Assembly: GCA_964016885.1 (NCBI GenBank)
Contig: OZ024757.1
Coordinates: 32,488,001 to 32,552,000, forward strand
Length of the DNA: 64,000 bases
Direction: 5' to 3'
Origin: Eledone cirrhosa
Lineage: Eukaryota
The position numbers were made by a program, and so were the translations under genes. Below are positions 40,447-56,182 of the stretch, piece by piece. Under the pieces are notes generated by a model. The model saw only the letters and a program-made list of their open reading frames with translations. It was not told the DNA's origin and did no database searches. Numbering within the stretch: the first letter of the stretch is position 1; the number at the start of each line of letters is the position of its first letter.

Positions 40447-40850
40447 AAGGGCGTTGGATTGGCAGAATCGGTAGAGCATCGGACACAATTCTTTACAGCA
40501 TAGAGTTATGGTCCTTTACGTTCTGAGTTCAAATCCCGCCGAGGTTAGCTTTGCCTTTCATCCTTACGGGGTCAATAAAATAAAACACCAGTAATGCACT
40601 GGGGTAATTGCTGGCCTTCTGCCAAAAGTAGAAACAATTATTTTATGGCAGTATCGGTAGAGCGTCGAACACTATGCTTTGTGGCTTAGAGTTATGTCCC
40701 TTTACGTTCTAAGTTCAAATCCCGTTGAGATTATCTTTGCCTTTCATCCTTAGGGGGTCGATAATATAAAGTACCAGTAACGCACTGGGGTCGATTTATT
40801 TGACTTTTCCCTCCCAGCAAAATTGTTGGCCTTGTGTCTAAATCAGAAAC
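40447..40850 (+). mobile_element. Two tandem SINE family 1 copies
   Basis: Box A, box B and body present twice. Confidence 0.8.
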
Positions 40851-41379
40851 ACTTATTTTATAAATGTTTTACCAACAGAAAGCCGGTTTCTAACATAGAA
40901 ACAAAACTATTTCATTGGAGTTAAGACAACATCAACTAGGTAAATACCAAGTAAATACATATGTATGGAGTTCAAGGAGACAACTAACAGTGGAACAAAA
41001 AGTCTTATTAGTTTCACGCTTTATATTGGAAAGAGGAAAGAAAGTTCGATTTGTCAGGCTTAAGCCCTTGTTCAGGAGTACAAATAGAGATAGGATCCCA
41101 TTGGAGAAACAGAAAAGAGGTCCAGTAAAGACAAAAAAAATCGAAAATATATGTAAGTATATTTGTATATATATATATGTAGGCAACTCAGGAAACTGGG
41201 GTAACTCCGATATAAAACCTGCAGTTCAGTAGTTACCGTTATATTGATCTTTTCTTCTTTTCGGGTTATAGCTCCTGTCGCTCAGAGAGTGGGATTGGCT
41301 CAGTGCACAGTCTTTCCTCACTTTAACAAAAATCTTGAAGCACAGGCATTGCACGATAGCATTAAGTGATAATTATTAA

Positions 41380-41570
41380 TAATTGTTTCTACTTTTGGCA
41401 CAAGACCAGCAATTACCCAGTACAATACTGGTACTTTATTTTATCGACCCCGTAAGGATGAAAGGCAAAGTTAACCTCGGCGGGATTTGAACTCAGAATG
41501 ATAAGGGCCGTAACTCTATGCGTCAAAGCATGGCGTCCGACCCTCTACCGATACTGCCAATCCACCGATA
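41380..41570 (-). mobile_element. SINE family 1 full copy
   Basis: Complete head and body, flanked by similar GATAATTATTAATAAT sequences. Confidence 0.85.
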
Positions 41571-42305
41571 ATTATTAATAATGTTATATCGTGCAATGGC
41601 TATACTCGATAACGAGGGGGCAGCCATCATATATGTAGTATGTATGTGTGGGTAGGTGTGGGTGCGCGTATGTGTATGTATGGATGTTATTACAGGTGTG
41701 AATATGTACGTTTTTAGTTGTACGTGTACACGCGCATGTTTCTGTATCTCTACGTGTGTATATACAGTTATTATATGCTGGATTACTGAAATATACATAT
41801 TTTTTCTGTTCCATTAATGGATTGTACTTGTAATTTCCTAACTAGTTGCGTATGTACATGCCTGTGAATGTATGTATGTATGTATGTACATGCCTGTGAA
41901 TGTATGTATGTATGTATGTATGTATGTGCCTGTGTATGCATGCATGTATGTATGTATGTATATGTGTATGTTTATGGATGTATGTATGTAAGTTTGTTTG
42001 TATGTATGTATGTATGTGTAGTTGATATCTCATCGGCACCATTCATCGGTGTTTATAACAAAGATATGCCGTTGGTGTTATCTCCCCTTCAATCTTATAG
42101 CTACTTTATTTGTTATATTTTCCTTTGTTGACCTTTCATCTTTTATCTCTAACAAACAGCTTTTGTCTTCGTTCTAAGAACCTTCAGTAGAACAGAGGCT
42201 GTGTACAAGGAGGAGAATTTTGAAAGCCAAATCTACTATTATACACTTTTAGCTTTTAGATATGTGCAAGGATATATAGTTGCATTTACACCCCTGTACT
42301 CTCCT

Positions 42306-42376
<71 letters not shown>

Positions 42377-43357
42377 TTAGACACACGCATGCACAGATGC
42401 ATATATATATAAAAGAGAAATCTGATTTCGCTTCAAGCATAGCTTTATACAATATGTATAAATATTTTGTATCTCCAAAGAAATACAGTTTTAGGAAGCT
42501 GTAGCTATGCAAACACCAGGGGGGGGGCTAACGCCCTCTGGTGATGTCCAGCAGAAGCAATATATAGGAAAAGAGTCAGGACTCCGACGGCTGAGCTACG
42601 TTTCATCAAAGTGACATTATTGTAAACATGACATTATTGAAAAAAATGAGAGGGACAATTCTTTTAAAAAAAAGTTTTACAATATATATAAAGTATATAA
42701 TGTATATAAAGTATATAAAGTATTACCGGTTTCGATGTATTATTAAAATTCATCTTATCAAATGTTGAGTTTTGCAATTAAAAAGAATTAATAGGAATTA
42801 AAAACTAAAAATTAAAGATTTGTAATTAAAATTAAGTGTTGGAGTAAGTTTTTTTTTCCCATCTTTCTTGTTCAGAAGTGGACTGGAGAATGAGTTCTTG
42901 TTAATAGAGAGAGAGAGAGGTGATAGTGAAGATAGTAGCAGTGTTGGTGGTGGTTGTGTTTCTTCGGGGAGGGGGCAAGGAAACATCCTGTAAATATGTG
43001 TGTAAATATCTGATTGTGTTAATTGACTGAAACCCGTAGAGCAAATATTTATTATAAGAACAGATTAAATTTTAAGCAAAGAATCGCTGTTGTCACCCAT
43101 AGCAGGATCTTCTGAATACACACACACACACACACATACACACACATACACACACATATATATATATATATATACTTTAGTAGAGTATATTTACAAGCAA
43201 TGTCTTTCCTGTGTCTATATATGTGTATATATTCTGTAGTATAGTATATACAAACAAGGTGTTTACATCCGTATATATATATATACATATAAGCAAAAGG
43301 GATATTTAATTTGTTGGTAATTCAACAAATATATATGTTTATAACTGATTCGATATT

Positions 43358-43444
43358 TAACCCCGACGGCAGAGCTCAAGCCGTTTCGACGGCTATTTCA
43401 GTCCAGAAATAGCCGTCGAAACGGCTTGAGCTCTGCCGTCGGGG

Positions 43445-43447
<3 letters not shown>
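43358..43447. mobile_element. Penelope-like family A, palindrome-only copy
   Basis: Arms 43358-43399/43406-43447. Confidence 0.65.
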
Positions 43448-43511
<64 letters not shown>

Positions 43512-44338
43512 GTGTTGTCTATAAATCTATAGATATATTCTGTAACGCTATTGAAACGAAAGGATGTTTAGATTCCAGTGAAACCTGTGTGAGGCATGTA
43601 AAACCATCAGCGAAAGCATGTTATATACTACCAAGTCATACTCGATTGCTAAGAAGATGTTAATATATGTAAATTAGAGTCTATCCGTGGTGATAGTGGT
43701 ATTGGTAGTGGTGGAATTGGTGGTGGTGGTGGTGGTGGTGGTGGTGGCTAATGGTTGCTGCTGTTGTTTTAGCAGTGGTGATGGTGGTGGTGGTGGTGGT
43801 GGTGATGGTGATGGTGGTGGTGATGGTGGTGGTTTTGGTGTTGAGACGTTAGTGTTGTCTTTGGTATGGGTGGAGGTGGCAGTGATGTTGGTGGCGGTAG
43901 GTGTGGCAATTGTAGTGGTGGTCGTGTATGGAAGGAAAATAGTAGGCCGATCATGTTCTAGTGTGTCAGTGACGTCACATCATTAGGTCGTGTCATTCGG
44001 TTTAATCTTTTACAGAACAGAAAGATGTTTTAATATAAACCTCTCTACCCCCTCTATCTCTCTCTCTTCCTCATCCTTCCTCTCTCTCTCTCCCTTCTCC
44101 TCTCCTCCTCTCTCTATATCTCTCTTTCCCTCCTTCCCCCTCTCTCTCTCCCTCTGCCTTGCCCTCCTCTGCCCCCGCTCTCTTGCCATCTATCTATCTA
44201 TCTAGATATCTCTTTCTGCCTCTCTATATGGCTTTCTGTGTTTCTCTCTACTCCCCCCCCCTCTCTCTCTCTCTATCCCTTCCCATCTCTTCCTCTCCCC
44301 CTCTCACCATCTATCTATATCTAGATATCTCTTTCTCC

Positions 44339-44378
<40 letters not shown>

Positions 44379-44557
44379 ATTCTTTCTCCCCATGTTTCCT
44401 CATGGAAGGTTTAACTTTACTTCATGACCCCCGTGTCAACTCTGATGATAGTGACGATGATGATGATGATGACTCTACTGCTACTGATGGTGATGATGAT
44501 GATAATGATAATGATGATGAGGATGATGACGATTATTATTATTATTATTATTATTAT

Positions 44558-44592
<35 letters not shown>

Positions 44593-44788
44593 AAGAGTCA
44601 GACACTGTGCTTCGTGGCATAGAGTTACGGCTTTTTACGTTCTGAGTTCAAACCCTGTCGAGAGGTTAGCTTTGCCTTTCATCCTTACAAGGTCGATAAA
44701 ATAAAGTACCAGTAATGCACTGAGGTCGATTTAATCGACTGTCCCCTCCCCCAAAATTGCTGGCCCTGTTCCTATACTAAAACCATTA

Positions 44789-44831
<43 letters not shown>

Positions 44832-47029
44832 GAGATGACGACAATGATGATGATGACGATGATGATTACTTAAGAAGAACAACAACAATAAAACAATCAG
44901 TTTCAAATTTAATCAATGACATTCAAGACAAGCAACACATAAGAGATGCACAAGGCAATACATCAGCTGCACATTTTTATGCACAATCTACATTATACAG
45001 GTGCAACGTATTTTTATTTCTGTTTGCACTGAAATTCCTCGTAAAAATCGATCACGTATCAATTGCCAATCACTCCCCCTCCACAATACAACACCGCCAC
45101 CAACAACAACAACAACAGCGTCACTGCTCTATCACGAACACCACCATCACCGCCGCCACCTGCACCAACAGTGTCACTACCTATACCACGACCGCCACCC
45201 CTTTATCCACCTGCGCCACGACCACCACGACCATAACCTCCACCACCACCTCCATCACCGCAACCAACAGCGCCACCACCAACAGCACCACCACCTCCAC
45301 CAACCACCACTAACAGCAACACCATCTCCACCCCCACCAAAAGCACACCAGCCCCACCACCAGCAGCAGCACCACCACCACCACCACCAGCACTACCACC
45401 TCCTCCATCTGCACCAAAACCACCTCTCCCACCACCGACACTCCCACCACCACCATCACCACCACCAACACCACCACCAGCTTCACCAGCTGCACCAAAA
45501 CCACCTCAACCACCACCTCCACTCCCACCACCACCATCACCACCACCACCACCACCACCACCACCTGCACCAGCTCCACCACCTGCACCAAACCCACCTC
45601 AACCACCAACACCACCACCTCCACTCCCACCACCACCATCACCACCACCGCCAACACCACCAACACCACCACCCGCTCCACCACCTGCACCAAACCCACC
45701 TCAACCACCACAACCACCACCACCAACAACAACACCACCTGCACCAACACTTGTCACCCACATTAAAACCACCTCCAAATTTAGTTTTTCCATATCCGCC
45801 TCACCATCGTCATTCTAAGACTCACTCGACCCCCCCCCCCTAATCTTCCCCTCATAACCGTCTTTACCCCGCCGCCATCATCACCAGCACCATTAACACC
45901 ACTAGCATCACCATCACCAGCACCACCACTATCATTATCACCATTAATACCATCACATCACCAACGCCCACAATTACCAACCACCACCAGCATCACCACC
46001 ACCGACACCACCACCATCATCACTAACGCCACCAGTTACACCAACCATCATCCCCCCCCCCACCCCCACCAACACCACCGTTACCACCACCACCACCACT
46101 ACCACCACAACCCCCACCGCCACCGCCACCACTATCATTGTCACCTTTAGCAGGTAAAATGCTGCAACAGCAGTTATTACGAACTGACTGCACTGGTGAA
46201 TTATATTTGAACTATATTGAATATATACTACCACCATAGCTACTACCATCACACTCCACCTCCACCACCACCACCACCACCACAGCTAACCCTACCACCA
46301 CAGCTACCACCACCACCACCACCACAGCTAACCCTACCACCACAGCTACCACCACCACCACCACAACTACCACTACCACCACAGCTACCACCATCACACC
46401 GCACCACAGCTACCACCATCAAACCCCACCACCACCACCACCACAACTACTACTACCATTTCACTCCACCACCACCTCCACAACTACTTCTACCATTACA
46501 CCCAACCACCACTACCACCACAACAACAACAACAACTACTACTACAACTACCACCACCACCACCACCACAAATACCACTACTATCACAGCTACCACCATC
46601 ACACACCACCACCACCACCACACTTGCTTCACCATTACACCACCACCACCATCACACTACACTATACTCCACCATTACCCACCACCACCACACTTCGCTT
46701 CACCATTACACAACTACCCACCGCCACCACCAACGCCACACTTCGCTTCACCATTACATCACCACCACTATTATACCATTACTACCACCATTACACCACC
46801 ATCACTACACTATACTTTACTACACCATTACATCACCAGCACTATTACACCACCACTACACCATAACACCACCACTATAGGATAACACCACCACCACTAT
46901 ACCACACTCCGCTCCAACACCACCACCAGTACACTCAGCCACACCATTACACCACCACCACTACACCGTTACACCACCACCACCAGTACACTCAGCTACA
47001 CCATTATACCACCACCACCAATACACGAC

Positions 47030-47535
47030 GACCACCACCACAACCACTACCACCACCACCACCACCATAAACGCAGTGTCATTGATTTCAGTACACTCAG
47101 CTACACCATTACACCACCAATACACCACCACCAATACACGACAACCACCACCACAACCACTACCACCACCACCACCATAAACGCAGTGTCATTGATTTCA
47201 GTACACTCAGCTACACCATTACACCATTACATTGATTTCAGTACACTCAGCTACACCATTACACCACCAATACACCACCACCAATACACGACAACCACCA
47301 CGACAACCACTACCACCACCACAACCACCACCACTACCACCATAAACGCAGTGTCATTGATTTCAGTACACTCAGCTACACCAGTACACCATTACATTGA
47401 TTTCAGTACACTCAGCTACACCAGTACACCACCGCCACCACCAATACACCACCACCAATACACGACGACTACCATCACAACCACTACCACCACCACCACC
47501 ACCACTACCACCATAAACGCAGTGTCATTGATTTC
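47030..47535. repeat. Imperfect tandem repeat with core CCATAAACGCAGTGTCATTGATTTCAGTACACTCAGCTACACC (4 copies)
   Basis: Core at ~47065, 47175, 47340 and 47511. Confidence 0.9.
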
Positions 47536-47685
47536 ATCAATATCTTAACAGTGAACGTACTAATATGCAAATCAGATCTGACTGATCGGCCAGTCTGTTA
47601 ATATGCAAATCAGGCCGATCAGTCACTGTATTTTTGAAAATAGCATATACTTCCACTAGCTCTGACAGTTTGGCCGGTGAACAGT

Positions 47686-47735
47686 GAGCTGTACTGATGA
47701 AGGGTGATACCCAGAAACATTAGTGAGTGCGGTTC
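47686..47735 (+). ncRNA. Degenerate or variant hammerhead-like motif
   Basis: CTGATGA-A GGGT GAT ACCC A-GAAAC-ATTA-GTG with complementary flanks GAGCTGTAC / GTGCGGTTC. The cleavage triplet is not NUH. Confidence 0.45.
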
Positions 47736-47900
47736 TGTTCACATGGCAACACAAGAGCAAGAATGAAGGGTTCATTCTACAGACTTGGCTATAGAATTCA
47801 GGCTTGTTTGCATAATTGCAAACGAATCGAATGTTATTATTAATATTTGAAAAACTCAGATTACATTTATTGTATTTAACCATGTAGAGCGAAAAAATGT

Positions 47901-47955
<55 letters not shown>

Positions 47956-47992
47956 TATATATATATATATACACATATATATATATATATAT

Positions 47993-48035
<43 letters not shown>

Positions 48036-48037
<2 letters not shown>

Positions 48038-48295
48038 TTTATCCCGGGTTCAATCGGGGGTAACCACAGTAAGTAAGGTGCTCAAAACATAGCAGAGTAT
48101 AAATATTTAATATAGAAAGGCATCTACGGGACTAGAACTGTTTCATTCGGTAGAAATCATCAGGAAGCTAGGATGATTTCTACCGAATGAAGCAGTTCTA
48201 GTTCTGTAGAAGCCATTTCTATATTAAATATTTATACTCTGCTATGTATTGAGTACTTTACTTACTGTGGTTACCTCCGATTGAACCCGGCATAA

Positions 48296-48298
<3 letters not shown>
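48036..48298. mobile_element. Penelope-like family B, two-arm inverted copy with minus-strand hammerhead motif (48120-48168)
   Basis: ~120-bp imperfect arms. Minus strand reads GCTTC-CTGATGA-TTTCTACCGAAT-GAAACAG-TTCTAGTC-CCGTA-GATGC. Confidence 0.7.
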
Positions 48299-48335
<37 letters not shown>

Positions 48336-48790
48336 GCATGTAGAGTGCCATCGAACTCACCACCAACACCACCACCACCACCACCAACACTCACCACCAA
48401 CACCACCACCACCACCACCAGCACTCACCACCACCAACACCACCACCACCATCATTACATATGTCGTCGCCAGCAGGTAAAACGCTGTAACTGCAGTTAT
48501 TGGGTGCTGACGGCAGAGTACGAGTGAACTGCTACCACTACTACCACCATTGCTACCACACCCAATAACCCCTTGCACATACCCGTTGCACTTCACTTGC
48601 TCATACGTCTCTTCCACCAGATGCACCGCCACCAGCACCACCACTACCACCGCCACCGCCACCACCACTACCACTACCACCGCCACCACCACCACCACCA
48701 CTACCACCGCCACCACCACCACTACGAACTTGCTAACATCTTCATTTTCGATTGTCATCGATGCCAGCTGCCTCGGCATCATCACATTTA

Positions 48791-48944
<154 letters not shown>

Positions 48945-48955
48945 CATACATATAC

Positions 48956-48988
<33 letters not shown>

Positions 48989-49075
48989 CATATATATATA
49001 CATACATATACATATTTATAGATATATACATATACATATCTATACATATACATACATATATATGCATATATATAC

Positions 49076-49164
<89 letters not shown>

Positions 49165-49237
49165 CATATATATATACATATACATATTTATAGATATATA
49201 CATATACATATCTATACATATACATACATATATATGC

Positions 49238-49286
<49 letters not shown>

Positions 49287-49289
49287 AAC

Positions 49290-49322
<33 letters not shown>

Positions 49323-49717
49323 CATATATATATACATATACATATTTATAGATATATACATATACATATCTATACATATACATACATATATATGCATATA
49401 TATACATATATATATATACATATACATATGCATATATATACATATATATATGTATATATATATACATATATATAAATTTATATACATATATATACATATA
49501 CATATACGTATATACATATGCATATATATACATATACATATATATACATATGTATAAATACATACACATATATGTACATATACATATATATACATATGCA
49601 TATACATACATATATATATATACATATGCATACACAACCTGTTGTTGCATGCGTATATATATATGTGTGTGTGTATATCTATACTAGTAGGGTACTCTGG
49701 AATTCTATACGAGAATA

Positions 49718-49759
<42 letters not shown>

Positions 49760-50649
49760 TATATACATACACACATATATACGCACCACTCCAATCATCA
49801 CCACCACCAACCATCACCACAACCTTAACTATCACCACCACCACCACCCCAACCATCCACATCACCACCTCCAACCACCATCACGACCACCCTAATCTTC
49901 AGCACCCACCCCCCAATCACCATCACCACAACCACCACCCTCCCAACCCCTACCACCACCACCACCACCATCATCACCACCACCCCAACCATCATCCCTA
50001 CAACCACCCCAACCAGCACCAACACCAACCCCAACCACCACCACAACCACCATCACCACCACCACCCCACCATCACCATCACCACAACCAGCACCAAAAC
50101 CAACCCCAACCACCACCACAACCACCATCACCACCACCCAGCCATCTCGAACACCACCCCCCAACCACCACTACCACGCCAACCATCACCACCACCCAAC
50201 TATCCAACACCACCCCCAACCACCACGCCAACCATCACCACCACCCAACTATCACCACCACCCAACCATCACCACCAACCCAACCATCACCAATCAACCA
50301 TCACCAACACCACCCCCACATCCAACCATCACCACCACCCAACCATCACCACCACCCAACCATCACCACCACCCAGCCATCACCACCACCCAGCCATCAC
50401 CACCACCCAACCATCACCACCACCCCAACCATCACCAATCAACCATCACCAACACCCAACCATCACCACCACCCCAACCATCACCAACACCACCCCAACC
50501 GACACCACCACCCCAACCATCACCAACACCACCCCAACCGACACCACCACCAATACAATGAACACCACAGGTAAAATGCTGCAACAGCAGTTATTAAGTG
50601 CTGATTCCACAGGTGAAGTACATTTGAACTATATGTAATACAATCTACC

Positions 50650-50740
50650 AATACTACTATAACCACCACCACTACTACTACCACTACTACTACTACTACC
50701 ACCACCACTACCACCACCACCACCACCACCACCACCACTA

Positions 50741-50774
<34 letters not shown>

Positions 50775-50803
50775 CACTACTACTACTACCACTACCACTA
50801 CTG

Positions 50804-50837
<34 letters not shown>

Positions 50838-52690
50838 ACCCACTACTACTACAACCACTACTACTACTACTACCACTATTACTATTACTACTACCACTAC
50901 TACTACCACTATAACTACTACTACCAGCACCACTACTACTACTACTACTACTATTACTACTACTAATATTACTACTACCGCTACCACTACTACTACCACC
51001 ACCACCACCACCACTACTACTACTACTACCACTACTACTACTACTGCCACTACTACTACCACTACCACTACTACTGCCACTACTACTGCCACTACTACTA
51101 CTACCACTACTACTACTTCTACTACCACTACTACTATTACCACTACTACCACCACCACCACTACTACTACTACTACCACTACTACCACTACTACTATTAC
51201 CACTACTACCACTACCACTACTACCACTACTACCACTACTACTACTACTACTACTACCACTACAACTACCACTACTACCACTACTACCACTACTACTATT
51301 ACCACTACTACCACTACTACCACTACCGCCACCACCACTACTACTACTACTACTACCACTACTACCACAACTACCACTACTACCACTACCGCCACTACCA
51401 CTACTACCACAACTACCACTACTACCACTACTACCACTACTACCACTACTATCACTACTACTACCGCCACTACCACCACCACTACTACCACTACTACTAC
51501 TACCACTACCACCACTACTACCACTAATACCACTACTACCACCACCACCACCACCACTACCACTACTACCACTACCACTACTACCTCCACTACCACTACT
51601 ACTACCGCCACCACCACTACTACCACTACTACCACTACTACTATTACCACTACTACCACTACCACCACCACTACTACCACTACTACTACTACCACTACCA
51701 CCACTACTACCACTAATATCACTACTACCACCACCACCACTACTACTACCACTACCACTACTACCACTACTACCACTACCACTACTACCACTACCACTAC
51801 TACCACTACTACCACTACTACTACTACTACTACCGCCACTACTACTACTACCACTACCACCACTACTACCACTACCACTACTACCACTACCACCACCACT
51901 ACTACCACTACTACTACTACCACTACCACCACTACCACCACTACTACCACTACTACCACTACTACCACCACCACTACCACTACTACCACTACTACCACTA
52001 CCACTACTACCACTACTACCACTACTACCACTACTACTACCACTACCACCACTACTACCACTACCACTACTACCACTACCACCACCACTACTACCACTAC
52101 CACTACTACCACTACCACTACTACCACTACTACTACTACCACTACCACTACTACCACTACTACCACTACTACTACTACCACTACTACCACTACTACCACT
52201 ACTACTACTACCACTACTACCACTACTACCACTACTACCACTACTACCACCACCACTACCACTACTACCACTACTATCACTACTACCACTAAAACTACTA
52301 CCACTACCACTACTACCACTACTACCACTACTACCACTACTACCACTACTACTACTACCACTACTACCACTACTACCACTACTACCACTACTACCACCAC
52401 CACTACCACTACTACCACTACTATCACTACTACCACTACCACTACTACTACTACCACTACTACCACTACTACCACGACCACTACTACTACTACCACTACT
52501 ACCACTACTACTACTACCACTACTACCACTACTACCACTACCACTACTACTACTACCACTACTACCACTACTACTACTACCACTACTACCACTACTACCA
52601 CCACCACTACCACTACTACCACTACTATCACTACTACCACTACCACTACTACCACTACCACCACTACTACCACTACTACCACTACTACTA
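50650..52690. repeat. (ACT)n/(ACC)n compound microsatellite, ~2 kb
   Basis: Direct reading. Source of the poly-V and poly-GS ORFs. Confidence 0.97.
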
Positions 52691-52754
52691 CACTCTGCTA
52701 CTTTGTTATACCACCACCACATACCCGTCGCCCTCCATTATGGTTGCTAAATGC

Positions 52755-53450
52755 AGCATCACCATCACCATCACCATCATCATTATTACCACCACCAACA
52801 TCAACATCAACATAACCACCATCATCTTCATCATCGTCACCACTACCATCACCATCATTTCCACCATTACCACTATTACCACCACCATCATCACTATTAC
52901 CATCATCACCACCATCATCACCATCACTATTACCATCATCACCACCATCATCACTATTACCATCATCACCACCATCATCACTATTACCATCATCACCACC
53001 ATCATCATCATCACTATTACCATCATCACCACCATCATCACTATTACCATCATCACCACCATCATCACCATCACTATTACCATCATCACCACCATCATCA
53101 CTATTACCATCATCACCATCACCACCACCATCATCACTATTACCATCATCACCATCACCACCACCATCATCACTATTACCATCATCACCATCACCATCAT
53201 CATCACTATTACCATCATCACCACCATCATCATCATCGCTATTACCATCATCACCACCATCATCATCATCACTTTTACCATCATCACCACCATCAGCACC
53301 ATCACCACCATCATCACCACCATCATCACCATCACTATTACCATCATCACCATCACCACCACCATCATCACTATTACCATCATCACCACCATCATCACCA
53401 TTACCATCATCACCACCATCATCACCATCACCATCAGCATCACTATTACG
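52755..53450. repeat. (CAT/CAC)n microsatellite with ~21-30 bp higher-order unit
   Basis: CATCATCACTATTACCATCATCACCAC recurring. Confidence 0.93.
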
Positions 53451-53521
53451 AATAACTTTACCATTATCAACCGTATTCAAACATATCATAATGTAAAAGT
53501 ATTCCGTACACACACACGCAC

Positions 53522-53599
<78 letters not shown>

Positions 53600-53997
53600 G
53601 TGTATGTGTGTACTCGTTGATTTGTAACCATTATAGAACTCGATGTAGTATATAGGTGAATATATCGAAGCAATGTGAAATCTGTTTTGGTAGCTAGACG
53701 ATCTGTGTGTGTATGTGTGTGTGTGTGTGTGTGTAGTCATATATGTACATATAAAGTGTATAGTCTTTCCTAAGACCGAGGGCACATCAGACCAGTCGGC
53801 TTATAATGGGAAAATACTTTGAAAGGAAGTTGCGCCTGATATGGGAATACCGTTGGGTCACGGGTGGTCTAGTATATAATAAAGATGCCGATACTCTACC
53901 AATGTATTGAGTACTTTTTTCAACTGTTGTTACCCCCGACACAACTCGGGTATCTATATATAAGCACACACACATGAATAGCAACATATACATACCA

Positions 53998-54044
<47 letters not shown>

Positions 54045-54074
54045 TATATATATATATATATAAATATAAATTAG

Positions 54075-54225
54075 CGAGAATCGTATTTCGGCTTTGGAAT
54101 TAGCGAAAAACAACTTCCGAGATGTGTGGCAAGCGCTCAATAATTCTGACGAACCAGAGCTACAACATACGTTAAAGGCCAAACACACTGAGACGATGGT
54201 TAAACCGTCATCCGCACAGCCATAG
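54075..54225 (+). CDS. Candidate terminal coding exon of an unidentified gene
   Basis: aaattag|C then ENRISALELAKNNFRDVWQALNNSDEPELQHTLKAKHTETMVKPSSAQP*. AATAAA at ~54253. Confidence 0.5.
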
Positions 54226-54363
54226 AAACGACCAAGTAATTCGGGTAAAACAAATAAAAAAATATATGTGATTGAAAAAAAAAATATATATATATATATA
54301 TATGAAAAAGTATGACCCCGACGGCAGAGCTCAAACCTCCTTGACGGCTATTTCTCGACACAC

Positions 54364-54412
<49 letters not shown>

Positions 54413-54417
<5 letters not shown>

Positions 54418-54582
54418 GTAGGAGGTGAGTAATATTGTAGAACAATAAAACTATGCATATAACAGATAAGTAGCACTCAACAGTTGGTAGAACTGGAGTA
54501 TATATAGAAGAAATTAAAAGATGGTTAAAAAAAGTTATAATAAAATATATGGAACTTTTTTTAACAATCTTTTAATTTCTTC

Positions 54583-54585
<3 letters not shown>
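54413..54585. mobile_element. Penelope-like family C copy with short inverted arm
   Basis: Similar to 10082-10230. Flanked by (TA)n. Confidence 0.6.
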
Positions 54586-54629
<44 letters not shown>

Positions 54630-54632
<3 letters not shown>

Positions 54633-54835
54633 AAAGTTCTATTTAAAGTTGTTGGGATACAACAAGTAAATATTTTTATAACTGATACCAAAAATAATGG
54701 TTGCATTTTAAAAGGGTACGTCAAAGCTTATTTGTAAAACTGTTATATATTGTATTTTGTCTGATGAAGGCATACCATAATTTAATTTGGTATCCCTGAA
54801 ATATGTATAATGAAATAAATATGGTTTTATAAATA
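54630..54835 (+). mobile_element. Penelope-like family D with degenerate hammerhead
   Basis: CTGATGA-AGGCATACCA...TGGTATCCCT-GAAATATGTA at ~54761-54808. Leader shared with 62014-62070. Confidence 0.55.
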
Positions 54836-54856
54836 TAGTTTCCATTTATTAATATC

Positions 54857-54903
<47 letters not shown>

Positions 54904-55059
54904 TTTAATAATAATAATAATTGTTTCTACTTTAGGCACAAGACCAGCAATTACCCAGTGCATTACTGGTACTTTATTTTATCGACCCCGTAAGGATGAA
55001 AGGCAAAGTCAACCTCGGCGGGATTTGAACTCAGATCGTAAAGGGACGTAATAATAATA

Positions 55060-55130
<71 letters not shown>

Positions 55131-55169
55131 GAAAACTATAGAAAATATATATATATATATACTAATATA

Positions 55170-55204
<35 letters not shown>

Positions 55205-55689
55205 TAATATATACTAATATAAACAGTGTCCGAACAAATATATGCATATATTTTTTTTAAATCTATACAGATATCGTAAATATATAAAAGCATGTTAGTA
55301 AATATAGCGTAGATATATTTAGAAATATGTAAACAGTTACAATGCGATGGTGAATAGCGAGATGTGCTCGAACGTCACTATTCGATCCACCTCTCAGCGG
55401 TGTTTGAAGTTAATTCACACCCCAAGTCAATTTTGCCTTTCGTCATTTTGAGATACCCTGTCCAATTCTTTACCCCCCCCCCCTCTCTCTCTCTCGTTCT
55501 CGATCTCTTTCCAATACTTTCTCGAGAAGTAACCGACTCTGTTCAGACCAAAAGCTATGATGAGCTTCATCAAACTCAAAGCGTCTCTCACACATGTCGT
55601 ATATTACGACGCCCGTTCCTACGACTCTGTCAAAAGTTACGAGTCTAAATAAATGGTTATAAAGAGGATATGTATACAAATGTACTCAC

Positions 55690-55819
55690 CGAATATCAAC
55701 AGATTAAGTATTCCCGTCGGACATGAATGATTTGAGATTACTTCCTTTCCTTTGCACATGCGCGGAGAAAACGGTAAGACATCCAAGTAGATTTTCTTTT
55801 TTTTTTTCTTTTTTCGCCT
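55690..55819 (-). CDS. Candidate exon of an unidentified minus-strand gene
   Basis: ttgttatccactgtgacttag|RRKKKKKKKIYLDVLPFSPRMCKGKEVISNHSCPTGILNLLIF+G|gtgagt. Confidence 0.35.
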
Positions 55820-55892
55820 CTAAGTCACAGTGGATAACAACAAACAGGCGTAAATGTAAAAAAGGCACACACATGTATGTATAATATGTATG

Positions 55893-55933
<41 letters not shown>

Positions 55934-55951
55934 ATTATTATTATTATTAAA

Positions 55952-56005
<54 letters not shown>

Positions 56006-56182
56006 TATTTATATATATATAATTAAATATTTATATATATATATAATTAAATATTTATATATATATATAATTAAATATTTATATATATATAAAGGTAGAA
56101 CACTGGAAGGTAATATCCGTAGTGGTAGAGCACTCAGTCCATGGGACGAGTGCCATAGGAACCGCATTAGGCGATTTAGCGA

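Noticed and set aside
45001-45843. His-rich 280-aa ORF resembling histidine-rich structural proteins
   Set aside because: CAC/CCA low-complexity tract with a non-ATG start, no signal peptide and no regular motif.
50520-52722. 720-aa poly-Val and 697-aa Gly/Ser ORFs (silk- or mucin-like)
   Set aside because: Translations of an (ACT/ACC)n microsatellite that is open in several frames, with no unique domain.
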